From Octopus sinensis (Eukaryota), in the NCBI RefSeq assembly GCF_006345805.1, contig NW_021833876.1, positions 1 to 53,814 of the forward strand: 53,814 nt of DNA. Reading direction: 5' to 3'. The notes beneath the pieces are model-generated. The model worked only from the letters and a program-made list of their open reading frames with translations, searched no databases and was not told the origin of the DNA. The position numbers and the translations under genes were made by a program. Below, piece by piece: positions 25,026-37,600 of the stretch (its first letter is position 1; each line of letters opens with the position of its first letter).

Positions 25026-25690
25026 TTTTGGTAGGTGATGGTTGTAGTAGTGGCAATGAGAAGATTTACTCAAACCTACAGAGAAAATGAGTTCCTGAAG
25101 AATAACGCAAGTTCCTAATGATTAAATTAACGAGTGACAGAAGCAGGTAAGGGATAAAAAGCAGCCATGGCATGAACAAATTTATCATTTACATAATCAT
25201 CATAATCAAGAAATCAATGAGAGACCCTCTCTGTAGTTATTCAACCTGTTAAACATGATAGTCCAGTCTACCATAAAACCACATATCACAATTCAAAAAA
25301 AAAAAAAATGAAAATTCACATTGGAGAGGTTCTTCTAAATAGCTTTAAAATGTCACAAGTAGAAAGCTTTGAATCATAGTTTTATTCAGATTAGGGCCTC
25401 TACAGGTCAGGGTTGACTTTACATCTGAGCCTGTACATGTAACCTTTTGTATGATTTTTGAAGAAGACTGGAAGTTAGTTGTGCAGGCAAGTCTTTCCTC
25501 TTTATGCCACCAAATTTATTCGAGCTGCCACTTTGGCACCTGTGTCATCAGAAGTGTTGCTTTCAGGTAGAAAGAACCAGAACACAAATGGAGCGAAGCA
25601 TCTTAGTTGATGTTCAAATAATTTCACTAATCCAGTCTTAGATAGATACTTTTTTTTTGCATTGAGAGCCTCCAGAAGGATGAAAGGTAC

Positions 25691-26066
25691 TTACTTACTT
25701 ATACTTGTGGCGACATTCACCCTGGGCGGGTTGAATCGGCTTCTTCTACTCATGGAAGAAGTTTTGTAGGAATATGTGAATTTCACAAGCGGTCCCCAAC
25801 AATCCCACATGTGGAGACATCCTGTTTGCCGTAGATTGTCTGCAGACGCAGGGACAGAACGACCGAGGAGCCACCGATTGCCGAAGCAGACACTCCGAGG
25901 ATTTTCACCAGAGCTGCCCCGTCTGCCAGGTTGTGGCCTTAATACCACTTGGTGTCGGACCAATCTGCCTTGGGTGGCCCTACAAGGAACCAAAGTTCCC
26001 GACGGCATAGCTCTGACACTACCCATTGCCAGCGTCCCCACCACGGTGAGGAGGGGATGGACTTTG
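25691..26066 (-). mobile_element. Short GC-rich non-autonomous retroposon, RTE-like, (GTAA)n tail, GGTAC target duplication
   Basis: TAAG-type tail at 25691-25702; GGTAC at 25686-25690 and 26067-26071. Confidence 0.5.
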
Positions 26067-26359
26067 GGTACATCTGACTTTGACATGATTTGGACACAGA
26101 ATGCAAAGAATCCGAAACTATACCATTAGACAGAATGCCTTTTTCCATATTTGAGCTAAATTTATGACTGGCAGCTGCATATTATTGGGTAGTAGAATAA
26201 CTTCTTAACATAGCTTAGCCAAAATATCTCATCAACTGCGATTTAACGTTATTTAGAAAAAGAAAAAAAAGGGAATCCTTCATCAGAAATTCCTCACTGG
26301 AGATTTAGATTGATGTCCTATGATTACTGATTACAGATCGTGAAAGCTATCTACAATCC

Positions 26360-26735
26360 CGGTAAAGAGTTTGTTTCCCCACCACATGGTTCCAGGTTCA
26401 AGTCTCACTGCATGACACATTGGGCAGGTGTTTTATACTATGGCTTCAAGCAACCTAGACCTTGTGAGTAGATTTGATAGACAGAAACTGAAAGAAGACC
26501 ATTGTATCTATAGCTATATATATATCTATACGTGTGTGTCTTTGTGTCTGTGTTTGTCCTCCACCACCATTTGACAACCAATGCTGGTTTGTTTACATCC
26601 CCAAAACTTATCAGTTTAACTACCAGGCTAACTACCAGGCTTTAAAAAAAATGTGCTGAGGTCGATTTGTTTGATTAAAAACACTTCAAAGCTGTATTCC
26701 AGCATGGCCACAATCTAATGATTGAAACAAGTAAA
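26360..26735 (+). mobile_element. Old SINE family A
   Basis: Diverged family match. Confidence 0.7.
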
Positions 26736-26842
26736 AGATAAAAGATACCAAACAATAATAATAATAATAGAGTTTTAACCTTTTGCTTGTCCAAAGCATT
26801 TTCAAAAATTTTGTTCTGGAAATCCAATGCTTGTTTTCAGCC

Positions 26843-27818
26843 ATTTACTCTTTTACTCTTTTACTTGTTTCAGTCATTTGATTGTGGCCATGCTGCAGCA
26901 TCGCCTTTAGTCGATCAAATCGACCCCAGGACTTATTCTTTGTAAGCCTAGTACTTATTCTATCGGTCTCTTTTGCTGAACCTATTTCTTTACTACCCAC
27001 AAGGGGCTAAACACAGAGAGGACAAACAAGGACAGACAAACGGATTAAGTCGATTATATTGACCCCAGTGCGTAACTGGTACTTATTTAATCGAACCCCG
27101 AAAGGATGAAAGGCAAAGTCGACCTCGGCGGAATTTGAACTCAGGACGTAACGGCAGACGAAATACCACTAAGCACTTCGTCCGGCATGCTAACGTTTCT
27201 GCCAGCTCGTCGCCTTTCTCTTTTGCTGAACCGCTATGTTACGGGACGTAAACACACCAGCATCAGTTGTCAAGCGATGTTGGGGTGACAAACACAGACA
27301 CACAAACATATACACACACATACATACATATATATACATATATACGATGGGCTTCCTTCAGTTTCCGTCTACCAAATCCACTCACAAGGCTTTGGTTGGC
27401 CTGAGGCTATAGTAGAAGACTACTCTTTTACTCTTTTACTTGTTTCAGTCATTTGACTGTGGCCATGCTGGAGCACCACCTTTTAGTCGCGCAAATCGAC
27501 CGCAGGACTTATTCTCTGTAATCCTAGTACTTATTCTATCAGTCTCTTTTGCTGAACTGCTAAGTTACGGGGACGTATACACACCAGCACCAGTTGTCAA
27601 GTGATGTTGGGGGGGACAAACACAGACACACAAACATATACACACACATACATACATATATATACATATATACGATGGGCTTCTTTCAGTTTCTGTCTAC
27701 CAAATCCACTCACAAGGCTTTGGTTGGCCCGAGGCTATAGTAGAAGACACTTGCCCAAGGTGCCACACAGTGGGACTGAACCCGGAACTATGTGGTTGGT
27801 AAACAAGCTACTTACCAC
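26843..27818 (-). mobile_element. Nested SINE A copies; SINE B (26983-27216) inserted with 16-bp TSD TCTCTTTTGCTGAACC
   Basis: TSD at 26967-26982 and 27217-27232. Confidence 0.88.
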
Positions 27819-27851
27819 TTGTGTCCAAATCATGTCAAAGTCAGATGTACC

Positions 27852-28082
27852 TATTTCTTTACTACCCACAAGGGGCTAAGCACAGAGGGGACGAACAAGG
27901 ACAGACACATGGATTAAGTCGATTACATCGACCCCAGTGCGTAACTGGTACTTATTTAATCAACCCCGAAAGAATGAAAGGCAAAGTCGACCTCGGCGGA
28001 ATTTGAACTCAGAACGTAAATGCAGACGAAATACGGCTACTCATTTCGCCCGGTGTGCTAACGTTTCTGCCAGCTCTCTGCC
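27852..28082 (-). mobile_element. SINE family B
   Basis: Family identity. Confidence 0.9.
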
Positions 28083-28474
28083 TTTCATCCTTTCATCTTT
28101 CTGGAGGGTCTCAATGCAAAAGAAGTATGTGAAATTTTAATTGGAAATGCACTTCCTAAGCTATGGCCTTATCTAATTTATTAAAACATTCAAAAGAACA
28201 GTTGGAGTATGCAAATAGTAAATGATCAAAGAAATATTTGAATTGGTAAAGGGAAAAATTCAACAGCTAAAATTATAAAACTAGTGTTTACAGTGGCATC
28301 ATGTATCATTCTGTGAAGAAATTGAATGTCATTCTTTAGAATAAAATTACTAAGCAATGCTCATTAGTGTCATGCCGGAACAGAATGGGGAAAATCTTGT
28401 AAAGAATTAAGTATGGTGTCTCAAAATTAATAGTTACCAAAAATTAAGAATCGTCTTATAATATGTGCTTCTTG

Positions 28475-28860
28475 GAAGGTAGTGATCTGGCAGAATCATT
28501 AGCACGCCAGATGAAATGCTTAGCGGTATTTCGTCTGCCGTTACGTTGTGAGTTCAAATTCCGCCGAGGTCGACTTTGCCTTTCATCCTTTCAGGGTCGA
28601 TAAATTAAGTACCAGTTATACACTGGCGTCAATGTAATTTGATTTAATCTCTTTGTCTGTCCTTGTTTGTCCCCTCTATGTTTAGCCCCTAGTGAGCAAT
28701 AAAGAAATAAGAGTCATTAGCATGCCAAGTAAAATGCTTAGTGGCATTTTATCTGTCTCTGTGTTCTGAGTTCAAATTGTGCTGAGGTCATTTTGCTTTT
28801 CATTCCCTCAGGGTTGATAAATTAAGTACCAGTTGGTTACAGGGGGCAACGTAATTAACT
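28475..28860 (+). mobile_element. Two older SINE B copies in tandem
   Basis: Family match. Confidence 0.75.
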
Positions 28861-28998
28861 TACCCTCCTGCCACCTCAAATTGCTGGGTCTGTGTTGTGT
28901 CAAAATTTGAGACTAACTTGTGTGCTTCTTGAACCATAAGAGGTTCTGAGGGCCTTAACAAAATATTTAAGGCTAAACGTCTAGAAAGTACTACATAT

Positions 28999-29412
28999 AG
29001 GCGCAGGAGTGGCTGTGTGGTAAGTAGCTTGCTTACCAACTACATGGTTCCGGGTTCAGTTCCACTGTGTGGCACCTTGAGCAAGTGTCTTCTGCTATAG
29101 CCTCGGGCCGACCAATGCCTTGTGAGTAGATTTGGTAGACGGAAACTGAAAGAAGCCCATCGTATATATGTATATATATATGTGTGTGTGTATATGTTTG
29201 TGTGCCTGTGTTTGTCCCCCTAGCATTGCTTGACAACCGATGCTGGTGTGTTTATGTCCCCGTCACTTAGCGGTTCGGCAAAAAGAGACCGACGGAATAA
29301 GTACTGGGCTTACAAAGAATAAGTCCTGGGGGCGAGTTGATCGATTAAAGGCGGTGCTCCAGCATGGCCACAGTCAAATGACTGAAACAAGTAAAAGAGT
29401 AAAAGAGAGAGT
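28999..29412 (+). mobile_element. SINE family A
   Basis: Family identity. Confidence 0.9.
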
Positions 29413-29545
29413 ATATTGATTTCAAAGATCTGCAACCCAGTAAAGAATCACTTTTAATTATAGAAGATGCTGCGTCATGTTAGCTAGAGATATTTGTCAC
29501 GATGTTGGTTATAGCTCCTAATTTGATCAGCCTGGGTGGAATTCC

Positions 29546-29807
29546 TTTTTGCATCAAGAGGGAATTCCTCAAAGAATTGTTTCCAACAACAGTCCTCAGT
29601 TTATAAGCCGTGATTTTAAAGAGCATTTAGAACATTGGGGAATACAACACTGAGTAGTTCAATGCTCTGTCATCCTTGAGTGGATGCTGTTGTAGAGAGA
29701 GAGTCGGTAAAAACCTTTGGTAAAGTAATTAAGTAAATCACCAATCCAAGAAGGCAAGCAGTGGAGAAAAGACATTCAGAAGTGTTTATTGCATTACAGG
29801 AACAAAC
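29546..29807 (+). pseudogene. Ty3/Gypsy integrase remnant
   Basis: EGIPQRIVSNNSPQFISRDFKEHLEHWGIQH...VKTFGK...QWRKDIQKCLLHYR (stops/frameshifts) matches the rve core. Confidence 0.75.
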
Positions 29808-29883
29808 AATGACATCACCACTACTAGTGCTGCTGCTGCAACTACTGCTGCAACTACTGCTGCTACTGCTGCTGCTGCTGCTT

Positions 29884-29935
<52 letters not shown>

Positions 29936-30344
29936 CACCACCACCACCACTACCACCACCACAACCACAACTGCCACAACCACCGCTACCACCACCACCA
30001 CCCCCACAACCACAACTACTGCCATTGCCACCACCAAAACAACCACAATCACCACCACCACCACCACCACTACCACTACCACCACCACCACCACAACTGC
30101 CACAACCAACACCATCCCCATCACAACCACTACCACCACCACCACTGTTACAATCACTAGCACTGCTAATAACAACTAACTCCATCACCAGTATCACCAC
30201 GACCACTGCCATCACTATTACCACCACCACCACCACCACCACCACTAATTCTTGAGATGGGAGAAGCTTCTGTTATTTAGTAGAGTAAGGCTTCCAGAAC
30301 TAAAAGACTTCTTGTGACTAACACTTTGTTTAGATAAATACTTT

Positions 30345-30500
30345 AGTGTGGAACGGCATTATTGGACTGGAATAAGCCCCTTACTTACAAGAAACACACT
30401 GCTTGAAAGCATATTGGTGGAAAGATAAATTGTTAGAAAGAGAAGCTGGTTGGAAACATATTAAGTGACATCAAATACATTGAGAGTCATACGCATCACA
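30345..30500 (+). mobile_element. Highly decayed RTE-clade ORF2 C-terminal remnant
   Basis: RNTLLESIL....RKRSWL resembles RTE L.KTILQG...RGR.RKSW. Confidence 0.4.
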
Positions 30501-30521
30501 AAATATCTGTAGAAATACATA

Positions 30522-30920
30522 TCTTTATATATAAAAGTGAGGTGGTGTGCTGTCTGTCTCCTACGATTTAGATTCCTAACTACTCCCACATTTTGCGGTG
30601 CAGTTTAACCAAAACCGGGTATCTTATAGTCGTGATTCATTTCGAGCCCTTCTGGGTATTAGTACGTGTCTATGATGAGTCTACAATTTAAAAAAAAATT
30701 TACCATCATTTTTTCCCATTTTTAATGCATTTCTTTTGCTATTATATAAGGGAAGTAACTCTCTAAAAATGTATTATTAAATCTCAGAACGTAAAAAGCT
30801 ACAGTAACACCCCCCTTTGTGGTTAGCTATTTTGAGATGGCTATTATACTTTACATCTCTAAAAATGCTTATATAGTTATTTCCCTTACAAACCCGAGCA
30901 ACGCCGGGCGATACTGCTAG
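30522..30920 (+). mobile_element. Non-autonomous Helitron
   Basis: A|TCTTTATATATAAAAG start, subterminal hairpin CCCGAGCAACGCCGGG, CTAG|T end. Confidence 0.85.
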
Positions 30921-31054
30921 TTTATGGATAAATATACGAATACATCAGAATTTAATATTGTCTAATTTTTTTTTTTTCCATTTTTCTTTTGAAATCTGGA
31001 TTGTTCTTTATTTATTAGAAAATGAAATGTCAATTGAAATGCATTGAAAGTTAA

Positions 31055-31700
31055 TACTCTTACTCTTACACTCTTTTGCTCTTTTACTTGTTTCAGTCAT
31101 TTAACTGCGGCCATGCTAGAGCACTGCCTTTAATCAAGCAACTCGACCCCGGGACTTATTCTTTTTGTAAGCTCAGTACTTATTCTATCGGTCTTTTTTG
31201 CCGAACCGCTAAGTAACGGGGACATAAACACACCAGCACCGGTTGTCAAGCAATGCTAGGGGGACAAACACAGACGCACAAACACACACATGCATATATT
31301 ACATTTGAGGCTTTCTTCCAAGGAATCTAATGCGCTTGGCTTAGATTTTCCTTTGGGGCTGGCCAGATCGGAGCAATCTCAAGATTAATCAGCCGAAATT
31401 GCAAAGATGATCCGGTTCTTGACTGAAGATTGAAGGCTTCGAATGTCCCGTCCAAGTTTTTTGTATCGTCTTCTAAATGTTTTGCATTCTTGTCCCAGTT
31501 TGTATTTTTTTACATATACATATATATATATACATATATACGACAGGCTTCTTTCAGTTTCCGTCTACCAAATCCACTTACAAGGCTTTGGTCGGCCCGA
31601 GACTATAGTAGAAGACACTTGCCCAAGGTGCCACACAGTGGGACTGTACCTGGAACCATGTGGTTGGTAAACAAGCTACTTACCACACAGCCACTCCCAC
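31055..31700 (-). mobile_element. SINE A split at (TA)n by insert 31300-31511
   Basis: Insert homologous to 16099-16310. Confidence 0.8.
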
Positions 31701-32349
31701 GCCTAATCTTGATTATTTTTTAACAATTTATCATAATTTTAAAATAATGTACATGCTTGAAAAAAAGATCCCTTTGTACAGTGCAGGTAAAAAGTTTGGC
31801 AAAATGGGTGAGATCTCATCTCATGTTCTTTACCTACTTATTCTTGGGATGGTCATAGAGACAGAGTCCTCAAGCATTTCTTTCATTAAGTTCTGCTGGA
31901 CATAACTGTCTCTGTTTGATCCTACTGGATTCTCAAGTGAGACCAATTGAGGACATGGATGTTGACCAGCCAGCTTGTTTGTGATTCACCTTTGGGTTTC
32001 CTACAGGTTGATATTTTTCTGTAACAAACGTCCAGTGATTATTTTCTGAGATATTCTGACCAGATTTGGACAGACTTGTGATAAGAAATATGTAAGTTAT
32101 ATTAAAAAATGATGGAGATGTACTTGCATAGCAAGTGATTTGATCTGAGATCGTGTGCTGGAACGAAAACAATTGCAGCGTGGAAGGTGTTTGTAAGCCA
32201 TTTAAAAAACACACAAAAGCCGTTCAATTCACTTCAATATTTAAGTTTAATTTGTCTAAATATTTTTGTCGCTATAAGACCACGACCTGTTCACTGACAA
32301 AAATCCGTGCTGCATCTCATGAAAACGATGAAAAAAATATATTGTATTA

Positions 32350-32735
32350 CTTGTGGCTGTATGGTAAGAAGCTTGCTTCCCAACCATATGGTTCTGGGTT
32401 CAGTCCCACTGAATGGTACCTTGGGCAAGTGTCTTCTACTATAGCCCCAAGCTGACCAAAGCGTTGTGAGTGGATTTAGTTAACAGATACTGAAAGAAGC
32501 CTGTTGTATATGTGTGTGTGTATGTGTATGTGTGTGTGTGTGCTTGACAACCAGTATTGGTATGTTTATGTCCCTGTAAGTTCATGGTATCACAAAAGAG
32601 AACTATGGAATAAGTGTGAAGCTTTAAAATAAGTATTGGGGTCAATTCATTTAACTCAAACCCTTCAAGATGGTGCTCCAGTATGGCCACAGTCAAATGC
32701 CTCAAAGAAGTAAAAGATAAAAGGTAAAAGATATA
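32350..32735 (+). mobile_element. Old SINE family A
   Basis: Diverged family match. Confidence 0.7.
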
Positions 32736-33739
32736 GGTTCTTTAATGAGCCTATAATATTTCAGGAAAGGTGTCCATTTTTGTGACACTAAAACAACCAG
32801 ACGGTAATGACACATTTCTATGAACTCTTTGATAATTTTCTTCCTTCATTTTACAAAGTATGCCACAACACAACAAGAATGGCATGCTGTTCACAACACA
32901 TTTCTCTAAAGTCTTTGATTATTTTCTTCTATTTGAAAAGGCGAATCTTGCCCGAACTATTATATAATAATTAAACAAAGTATAAAAGGTAGTAAAATAT
33001 CTCATCTTTTTTTTCATTTACTGACATCATCATTATAAACATTTTGTGCTACTTTTCACCTGCATCGCTTCTTTTTTTTTTCAAACATTTATATCATTTG
33101 CACATATTGCGATGCTTGAAGCAAATTACGATGCTCTTAATATAATATTAAAATGATAAGAAAATATTAGTTATTTTCATTGAAATATATTTTCAATTTT
33201 ATATATATATATATGCTAATGTCTATTATAACGTCCAACACATACAACTAAAATTTTTCAAATTGTTTAGTGATAATTGTAATAATAATAATAATAATAA
33301 TAATGATTTCTAAGTCAGTGATATTTCACCACGACCTTGACCCTATGATAAGTGCTACACATGAAACACTTATTTCTTGAATCACTTTGTAACTTCTGCT
33401 GATTAAAAATTATATATACATATAGATAATATAATAATAATATGAGGGAATATTATTCCAAACATACAGGGAAAAATTCAATTTAGAAATACTAAATCAA
33501 ATTTCACAAAATATAATATATATATATATATATAAATTAGAAAAAAAACATCTTTTATCAATTCAAAATGAAAAATTAAATTATACCATCTAGAAAATTA
33601 CATATAACAGAAAGATTAAATATAAAATAAAAAATATAACGATGATTAAGTAATATGCAAAATCATAAATAAAACGCATATATTTGGTAGAATAATGACA
33701 CGTGTTTTGTGGCTATATTTATATTGAAGTGATTTTACA

Positions 33740-33970
33740 ATCATGACCGCTGCCAGCCTCTACTGGCACCTGTGCCAGTGGCACATAAAAAGCACCCACT
33801 ACACTCATGGAGTGGCTGGCATTAGGAAGGGCATCCAGCTGTAGAAACACTGCCAGATCAGACTGGAGCCTGGTGCAGCCTCCTGGCTTCCCAGATCCCG
33901 GTCGAACTGTCCAACCCATGCTAGCATGGAAAACGGACGTTAAACAATGATGATGATGATGATGATGATG
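33740..33970 (+). mobile_element. SINE family C
   Basis: Family identity. Confidence 0.85.
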
Positions 33971-33973
33971 ATG

Positions 33974-34004
<31 letters not shown>

Positions 34005-34028
34005 TATATGTATATATATATATGTATA

Positions 34029-34073
<45 letters not shown>

Positions 34074-34122
34074 ATAATAAACCTTTAATATATAAATAAT
34101 GTATATGTATATATGTATGTAA

Positions 34123-34159
<37 letters not shown>

Positions 34160-34607
34160 CATATATATATATATATATACATACATACAGGCATACATAC
34201 ATACATATGCAAATATGTGCGTGAACACAATCCCAAAGACATACGTTTTAATTCTGTTCCAGCATAACACAATTAAATCCTGCTATTATTATCATGGTGA
34301 TGGTAAGTGCAGTAAAGCAAGAGTTAATTTCCTGACATGTATAGTATGTTCCTTGGTTTCAATTCCCGGTTAAGAGTGATATTTCATTCTACTCAAGTTA
34401 CTAATGCCTTTGAGAAAGCATTAAGGCTGCACTACCCATTTTCATCCCTAAAACTGAGAGAGTTTGTGCCATGTTAAGAAGAAATCAATATCAAGAGGAA
34501 TATGATTCTAAATGAATTGACTTAAAACTTCCACTAAAAGCAGTGCTGAATAGCCTTGAATAAGGGAGGTTACTCTTCTTACCTTCATCTGCTAAGAAAG
34601 AAATTAG

Positions 34608-34885
34608 GTAGGCGGCGAGCTGGAAGAGACGTTAGCATGCCGGGTGATATGCTTAGTGGTATTTCGTCTGCCGCTACGTTCTGAGTTCAAATTCCGCTAA
34701 GGTCGACTTTGCCTTTCATCCTTTCGGGGTCGATTAAATAAGTACATATTTCTTTACTACCCACAAGGGGCTAAACACAGAGGGGACAAACAAGGACAGA
34801 CAAAGGGATTAAGTCGATTATATCGACCCCAGTGCGTAACTGGTACTTAATTTATCGACCCCGAAAGGATGAAAGGTAAAGTCGA
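34608..34885. mobile_element. SINE B (+, 34608-34747) interrupted by SINE B (-, 34749-34885)
   Basis: Opposite-orientation family matches. Confidence 0.8.
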
Positions 34886-35888
34886 TATATGTATGTATAT
34901 ATGTATGTATATACACACAGATATTTATAATTATTTGCAACAGAAGTAGTATTAATACCAAAATGCAATATTTATCCCCAGTTAAAAGTGGATGTTCTGT
35001 TGGAACACACAATACGGTGGTAGTTACCATGAGAGAAGTTCTCATATTAGCTTTTAGTGCATAAATGCACTTTTGCTTATATTGCTGGTGGGGGGTGGGG
35101 AATAAATCACCTGTCACTACCACTGCCATAACCGCCATATCATGTGATTTCAGTTCAGCCTTCCATGGCCTTGTCAATGATGGATGTGCAGACACGATGG
35201 TGATGACAACGACGACAATGATGATAATGGTGATGATGATAATGGTGGGAATGATGATGACGACGGTGGGAATGATGATGATGATGGTGGGAATGATGAT
35301 GATGACAGTGGGAATGATGATGATGATGGTGATAGTAATCACGATCATGATAACGGTCATGATGATAAGGATGATGACCGTGATGATAAGGATGATGATG
35401 GCAATGTCGAAAAGTATCGTCTTTTATTTAATCTAGGTCGACGTGTTAAAAAACGGACATCAAAATACGAAATATAATTATCAGACTGTTCTTTACACCA
35501 ATAACCACCTTGGCAAGTGTTATAACAAACTGAGTTTATCACCTTAGAATTCATTAACAGCTCATATTTCTCAGCATTCAGCCTGAAAAAGAATCAGTTC
35601 CCGAAGAGAAACCTACACATAAATAAGCAATGTCCCATTAATGCTTAAAGTACATTTTTCACTCACTGCTGGTTCATCCATTGCTGTCTGGCCCTTGGTG
35701 AATTACGATGGTGGGAACCTTACAGTCAAAGGCATTCGAGTAATAATCTTCCTGTCTTTTATTCATATAGATATATAAATGGATTTGGGACTGACTGCAT
35801 TTCATTTGAAACAGCAGATTATAATTATTGATTCTACATCCGCAAGAAGAAGAATAGGATACTCTTTTTTAGTATGACTAGTATGATA

Positions 35889-35920
<32 letters not shown>

Positions 35921-36305
35921 CATGATGATCATGAAAGTGATGATGATGATCATGAAGGTGGTGGTGGTGGTGATGATGATGATGATGATGATGAGGAGGA
36001 GGAGGATGTGATGAGGATGATGATCATGATAATAATAAATGTTGCAAATTTTGACACAATTTGTCGGTAGTTTTAGTGAGAGAGGGCACTGTTGTTTCCA
36101 TCAGCCTCACTAAATAAACTGGGACTTTTTTTTTATTGACCTCGGGAAAACGAAAGGCAAATTTGACCTTGAATGGATTAGAGCTTGACATGTAAAAACT
36201 TGGAAGAAATGTAGAGTGAAAGTATTATTATCATCATCATCTTCATCACCATTATTATTATTATTATTATTGTTATTATTATTATTATTATTATCATTAT
36301 TATTA

Positions 36306-36380
36306 TTCAGGTCACTGTCTGGAATCAAACTTGGAATCTTGGGGCTAGTAGCCCGCGCTCTTATCCACTACACCATATGC
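36306..36380 (-). mobile_element. Minimal tRNA-like retroposon with (TAA)n tail
   Basis: Minus strand GCATATGGTGTAGTGGATAAGAGC...GTTTGATTCCAG..GTGACCTG then AATAAT. Confidence 0.55.
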
Positions 36381-36455
36381 ACGTATTTTGTCTAACAATT
36401 CTGCCAGCTTACAACCTTAATAATAATGAATGATGATGATGAGTTTTATTATTAC

Positions 36456-36504
<49 letters not shown>

Positions 36505-36515
36505 GTTAATAATAA

Positions 36516-37005
36516 TTTCTTTATTAGCCACGGAGGGCTTACACGAAGGGAAACATTAAGGTTGGCACAGAATAGTTCAGTGTGAGTTTTAGTGTGTAAA
36601 AAGTCATATAACAAATAAAGCAAATCAAACAAGACAAATTCTCCAATAGGCAGTGGGGACTTCTGAGGATCACACATAGAGAAAGCCCACAAAATCACCC
36701 TGCCCTCTTTTAGTCTTCTCTCTCTACAGGCAGATACTCAGAGTAGGACCATTCACCACGGCAATTCTTGCCTCTCCCACCCACCTTTCAAAAAACTGCT
36801 TGGAAGGTAGCACTTCCCTTTCTACCCTGATTTTCCTCTTTGAGGGAAACCAGGAAAAGTTTATCAGAATTTTGCCAAAAAACGTGCTGGTCTTCAGCCC
36901 TATCAGATGTGTCCACCAGACAATCTCATTTGCCATGGCTACCAGGCAGATAAAAACTACTTACCCTTCCCAGCTAAAGGAAGACAGTGGGGCTATCTTC
37001 ATGAT
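36516..37005 (-). pseudogene. Second Tx1-family 3' fragment
   Basis: IVWWTHLIGLKTSTFFGKILINF...KRKIRVEREVL homologous to 13128-13388; same GTGGCTAATAAAGAAA end. Confidence 0.85.
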
Positions 37006-37024
37006 ATTATTATTATTATCAATA

Positions 37025-37225
37025 ATAATCCTTTCTACTCTAGGTACAAAGCCTGAAAATTTAGGGAAGGAGCCCAGTGCCTAAAAGGTACTTATTTTAT
37101 CGACCTAGAAAAGATGAAAAGCAGAGTTGACCAGAGTGGAATTTGAACTAGGAATGTAAAGACAGATGAAATGCCATCATGCATTTTGTCTAGTGTGCTA
37201 ACGATCTTACCATCATGCCACCTAA
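37025..37225 (-). mobile_element. SINE B-like variant with a different tail (GTAGAAAGGATT(ATT)n); also 38500-38675 and 39075-39270
   Basis: Shared GAATTTGAAC/GGATGAAA core; TAATCCTTTCTA junction. Confidence 0.65.
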
Positions 37226-37306
37226 ATTAATTAATTGATGATGATGATAATAATTATAATAATGATAATAATGATAATAATAATATTAATGTTAATAATA
37301 ATAATG

Positions 37307-37340
<34 letters not shown>

Positions 37341-37379
37341 TAATATAATAATAATGATAATGATAATAATAATATAATA

Positions 37380-37410
<31 letters not shown>

Positions 37411-37450
37411 TAATAAAATAATAATAATAATGATGATGATGATGATGATG

Positions 37451-37486
<36 letters not shown>

Positions 37487-37519
37487 TAATAATAATAATA
37501 ATGATGATGATGATGATGT

Positions 37520-37565
<46 letters not shown>

Positions 37566-37600
37566 AATAATAATAATAATAATAATAGTAATAATAATAA

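Noticed and set aside
24565-25056. Type I antifreeze protein reading of the Ala/Thr frame
   Set aside because: Periodicity is 7 rather than 11 residues, and there is no signal peptide or splice evidence.
25082-25146. Exon-like unit ending CAG|GTAAG
   Set aside because: Closed in all frames; chance occurrence is likely.
25840-25900. HDV-like ribozyme (GGCTCCTCGGTC, minus strand)
   Set aside because: I could not find P1/P2 pairings to complete the double pseudoknot.
30345-30500. Lectin-like YWTGI / YWWKD exon after a GACTAAC...TTTAG acceptor
   Set aside because: The motifs are in different frames and the segment is better explained as a decayed RTE C-terminus.
32007-32091. Exon-like unit with CTACAG and GTAAGT
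   Set aside because: Stops in all three frames; could only be non-coding or use a weaker internal acceptor, with no supporting evidence.
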